UHGV virus genome: UHGV-0185671
Source of the DNA: a virus
Length of the DNA: 22,350 nt
Direction: 5' to 3' (one strand)
Both the position numbers and the translations under genes were made by a program. Positions within the stretch are counted from its first letter, which is position 1; every line of letters starts with the position of its first letter. Below the pieces are notes generated by a model. It was not told where the DNA came from. It did no database searches and saw only the letters and a list, made by a program, of their open reading frames with translations. Positions 19,860 to 22,350 of the stretch are shown in pieces.

Positions 19860-20369
19860 TATTTTTTCTAAAAGGTACATTGATTGATGGAATGATTAGG
19901 CTTTTATTCTAGAGCGATTTAATGGCATCTTTGAGCAGGTGATAGGCGGTACAAAATGATTGATGAACCATTACCGGACGATTGAAGAAACATTTAAGCA
20001 GGTGCTCAAAGAAGTATTCGAGACGTTGGTGTGAAGGCTGATGTTGATGTTAATTTAAAACTCCCCACGGTTCTATTAAAGTAGATAATACTTGCTATTG
20101 ATGTAAGGAGTGTAGGTGCCCGCTATTCGCTCACATCGGATCTTTAGTGGCACATAGCTGTCTGCTATTTGCTAGGAGCGTACGCTGTTATTTTCGTTGT
20201 CCATGTCCGATAACGCAAAATTTTATTTAGTAGATTCACGGGGGGGGTGGCGGGTACTTTCATGACTGGTTGGGGAGTAAATGTAAATTAGAGGGCTGAT
20301 ATAAAACAGTCCGGAATGTAGGGGTATCATCCTACCAATCGAATCAGAACTACTAAGGAAAATAAGGCA

Positions 20370-21188
20370 ATGACTAAACATATTATGCACCCCGACCATG
20401 TCGCTGAGATTTGCAGCCAAATCAAAAAATCAAACAACAGAGATTTTATCTATGATAGCTTTCGCCAATTGCTAAGCCAGTTGCCGATGGGATTTCATGA
20501 TGTAACCGCCACGACTGTATGGCGATCGAGGAAAACTGATGTGGCCCACCAGGAAGGGTTCGATCATGTTACCGATATTATTTATCCACCTGCGCAGTAT
20601 GCCAAAACCGGAAGGCTAAATACGGATGGGGTGTCTATTTTATACGCATCTATCAGCAATCATGGATGCCTGGCAGAAATAGGAGCCCAGCCGGGGGATA
20701 AAGTGCATGTGTCCGCATTCACCCTGAAACCAGAGCAGAGACTGCATTGCGGCTTTTTTGGCGATATTGTTAGGGCACATAAATGGAGTAGCGAAGATTT
20801 TACACAGGTACAAAAAATCCTTGAGCCGTATACGGAAGCGCAAAAAACCAGTATTTTCATGATAGACAGTTTCCTTGCTGAAACACTTGCTGATAGCCGA
20901 GCGAAGGAAAACCATTACCTGCATACCACAACACTTGCTGATGTCATCCGCAATGGGAAAAATGCGTTGGATGCTATCGTTTATCCTGGAGTGGAGTCCT
21001 CCGGCGCCAAGAACTATGCAATCCACTGCGACGCAATGATTAAATTCAATATTGCAGATATGTACCTGCTAGAGATAACCAAAAAGCATCCCTACGGGCT
21101 GTATGAATGGCGGATACTTAAGCAATTAGAAAGCTATGATGATGGCCGAATTATCTGGAAAGAGCCATGCTGTGCGAATGTTGCATGA
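20370..21188 (+). CDS. Probable RES-domain protein (toxin-like NAD-targeting family), 272 aa
   Basis: Motif GRLNTDGVSILYASISNHGCLAEI (Arg82 ... Glu103) resembles the conserved Arg/Glu core of RES domains, with a later Ser-containing segment (YPGVESSG); recognised by eye only. Confidence 0.5.
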   Translation: MTKHIMHPDHVAEICSQIKKSNNRDFIYDSFRQLLSQLPMGFHDVTATTVWRSRKTDVAHQEGFDHVTDIIYPPAQYAKTGRLNTDGVSILYASISNHGCLAEIGAQPGDKVHVSAFTLKPEQRLHCGFFGDIVRAHKWSSEDFTQVQKILEPYTEAQKTSIFMIDSFLAETLADSRAKENHYLHTTTLADVIRNGKNALDAIVYPGVESSGAKNYAIHCDAMIKFNIADMYLLEITKKHPYGLYEWRILKQLESYDDGRIIWKEPCCANVA

Positions 21189-21387
21189 TGTGTTGCTGCG
21201 CGAGGAAAGGTATATGATATTTCTTTTGAGTGCTGTCAGCAGCACTCAATAACTGCGCATAATTGTAGATCCTGTAGAGTGAACTCAGTCCGGATTGTTC
21301 TATCTGAGCAATCGTTAAACCACTTGGTAAGGCTGGTTCCCGCTTCTCGCTCATAACAGACATTCACTTCAGTTATGGCAGAAAGGT

Positions 21388-21624
21388 ATGCGTGCTTGGT
21401 GTGGGGAAGCAGTGAAAGAAAAAGAAGACTGCTGCGCCATTTGTCGTCACTGCTATCTTCTTATTGCTTATGAAGGTCGTAGTGAGGCACACAAAGCTTT
21501 GCGAATTACAAGGCCTTGTGCTTCTCTGGAGTGCGACAGGTTTGATGACAAAAAATTAGCGCAAGAAGACAAAAATCACCTTGCGCTAATGCTCTGTTAC
21601 AGGTCACTAATACCATCTAAGTAG
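21388..21624 (+). CDS. Small hypothetical ORF in lambda b-region-like sequence adjacent to attP arm, 78 aa
   Basis: ORF only; Cys-rich; the surrounding DNA appears to me to be lambda-derived sequence flanking attP. Coding status uncertain. Confidence 0.25.
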   Translation: MRAWCGEAVKEKEDCCAICRHCYLLIAYEGRSEAHKALRITRPCASLECDRFDDKKLAQEDKNHLALMLCYRSLIPSK

Positions 21625-21750
21625 TTGATTCATAGTGACTGCATATGTTGTGTTTTACAGTATTATGTAGTCTGTTTTTTATGCAAAATCTAATTTAATA
21701 TATTGATATTTATATCATTTTACGTTTCTCGTTCAGCTTTTTTATACTAA
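21600..21750. mobile_element. Prophage right attachment site attR: lambda-type attP P-arm plus 15-bp core GCTTTTTTATACTAA (21736-21750) joined to host B-prime sequence
   Basis: Core sequence and upstream arm (arm-type Int sites GGTCACTAAT about 21601-21610 and inverted ATAGTGACTG about 21632-21641, AT-rich spacer) match the lambda attP P arm as recalled; after the core the sequence continues as CTTGAGCGAAACGGG, the E. coli attB right side. Confidence 0.85.
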
Positions 21751-21840
21751 CTTGAGCGAAACGGGAAGGTAAAAAGACAAAAAGTTGTTTTTAATACCTT
21801 TAAGTGATACCAGATGGCATAGCGCCATCTGGCAGAGTGA

Positions 21841-22317
21841 TTAACTAAACATCGCAGTAATCGAGGCGCTTGCCAGAGAATGGAAATGGACGTTAAACCC
21901 GACCATCGCGCCGCTGGCACCTTCATCGACATCAATACGTTCTACATCCAGCGCGTGAACGGTAAAAATGTAGCGATGGGTTTCGCCTTTCGGCGGCGCT
22001 GCACCATCGTACCCGGTTTTACCAAAGTCGGTACGCGTCTGCAAAACGCCGTCTGGCATTGCTACCAGACCAGAGCCAAACCCTTGCGGTAATACGCGGG
22101 TATCAGCGGGTAAGTTAACAACTACCCAGTGCCACCAGCCGGAACCGGTTGGCGCATCCGGGTCGTAACAGGTGACAACAAAACTTTTCGTTCCCGCAGG
22201 AACATCATCCCACGCCAGATGCGGTGAAATATTATCGCCATCGTAACCCATGCCGTTAAAGACATGACGATGTGGCAACTTATCGCCATCGCGCAGATCG
22301 TTACTGATGAGTTTCAT
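21841..22317 (-). CDS. ybhB: Host PEBP-family (UPF0098) protein YbhB, 158 aa
   Basis: Translation MKLISNDLRDGDKLPHRHVFNGMGYDGDNISPHLAWDDVPAGTKSFVVTCYDPDAPTGSGWWHW... matches E. coli YbhB as recalled; gene lies beside attB-lambda in the gal-bio interval. Confidence 0.85.
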   Translation of the reverse strand: MKLISNDLRDGDKLPHRHVFNGMGYDGDNISPHLAWDDVPAGTKSFVVTCYDPDAPTGSGWWHWVVVNLPADTRVLPQGFGSGLVAMPDGVLQTRTDFGKTGYDGAAPPKGETHRYIFTVHALDVERIDVDEGASGAMVGFNVHFHSLASASITAMFS

Positions 22318-22350
22318 GGACCCTCCTTTCTTGTTTGCAGAAAGTGTAGC

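Noticed and set aside
21151-21363. 70-aa minus-strand ORF between the RES-like gene and attR
   Set aside because: Overlaps the 3' end of the RES-like gene, with no start context or motif support.
21700-21840. Possible tRNA gene at the integration site
   Set aside because: The junction matches the lambda attB core in the ybhC-ybhB intergenic region, which is not a tRNA gene, and no cloverleaf-like sequence is visible.

Overview
This window is the right-hand end of a P22-like (short-tailed, Lederbergvirus-type) prophage in an Escherichia-type host, ending at a lambda-type attR next to host ybhB. The plus strand carries a syntenic late morphogenetic operon: terminase large subunit (C-terminal part), portal, scaffold, coat, gp4, gp10, gp26 tail needle, gp14 and ejection proteins gp7/gp20/gp16. 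It is followed by an immI-like region (mnt leftward; arc and ant rightward, with recognisable Pant, Arc operator and Mnt operator) and a mosaic tailspike. Three AT-rich accessory insertions interrupt this backbone. The most interesting is a leftward operon downstream of mnt, in the position P22 uses for sieA, encoding an uncharacterised 239-aa protein overlapping a PIN-domain nuclease, plus a small membrane ORF; I read it as a candidate superinfection-exclusion or anti-phage system. The second is a small Cys4 zinc-ribbon ORF inserted between arc and ant. The third is a cargo region between tailspike and attR with a very AT-rich Cys/Asp-rich 258-aa ORF and a probable RES-domain protein. All calls rest on reading the ORF translations and sequence motifs against remembered P22/lambda biology; no database search or computation was run, and GC statements are visual impressions.
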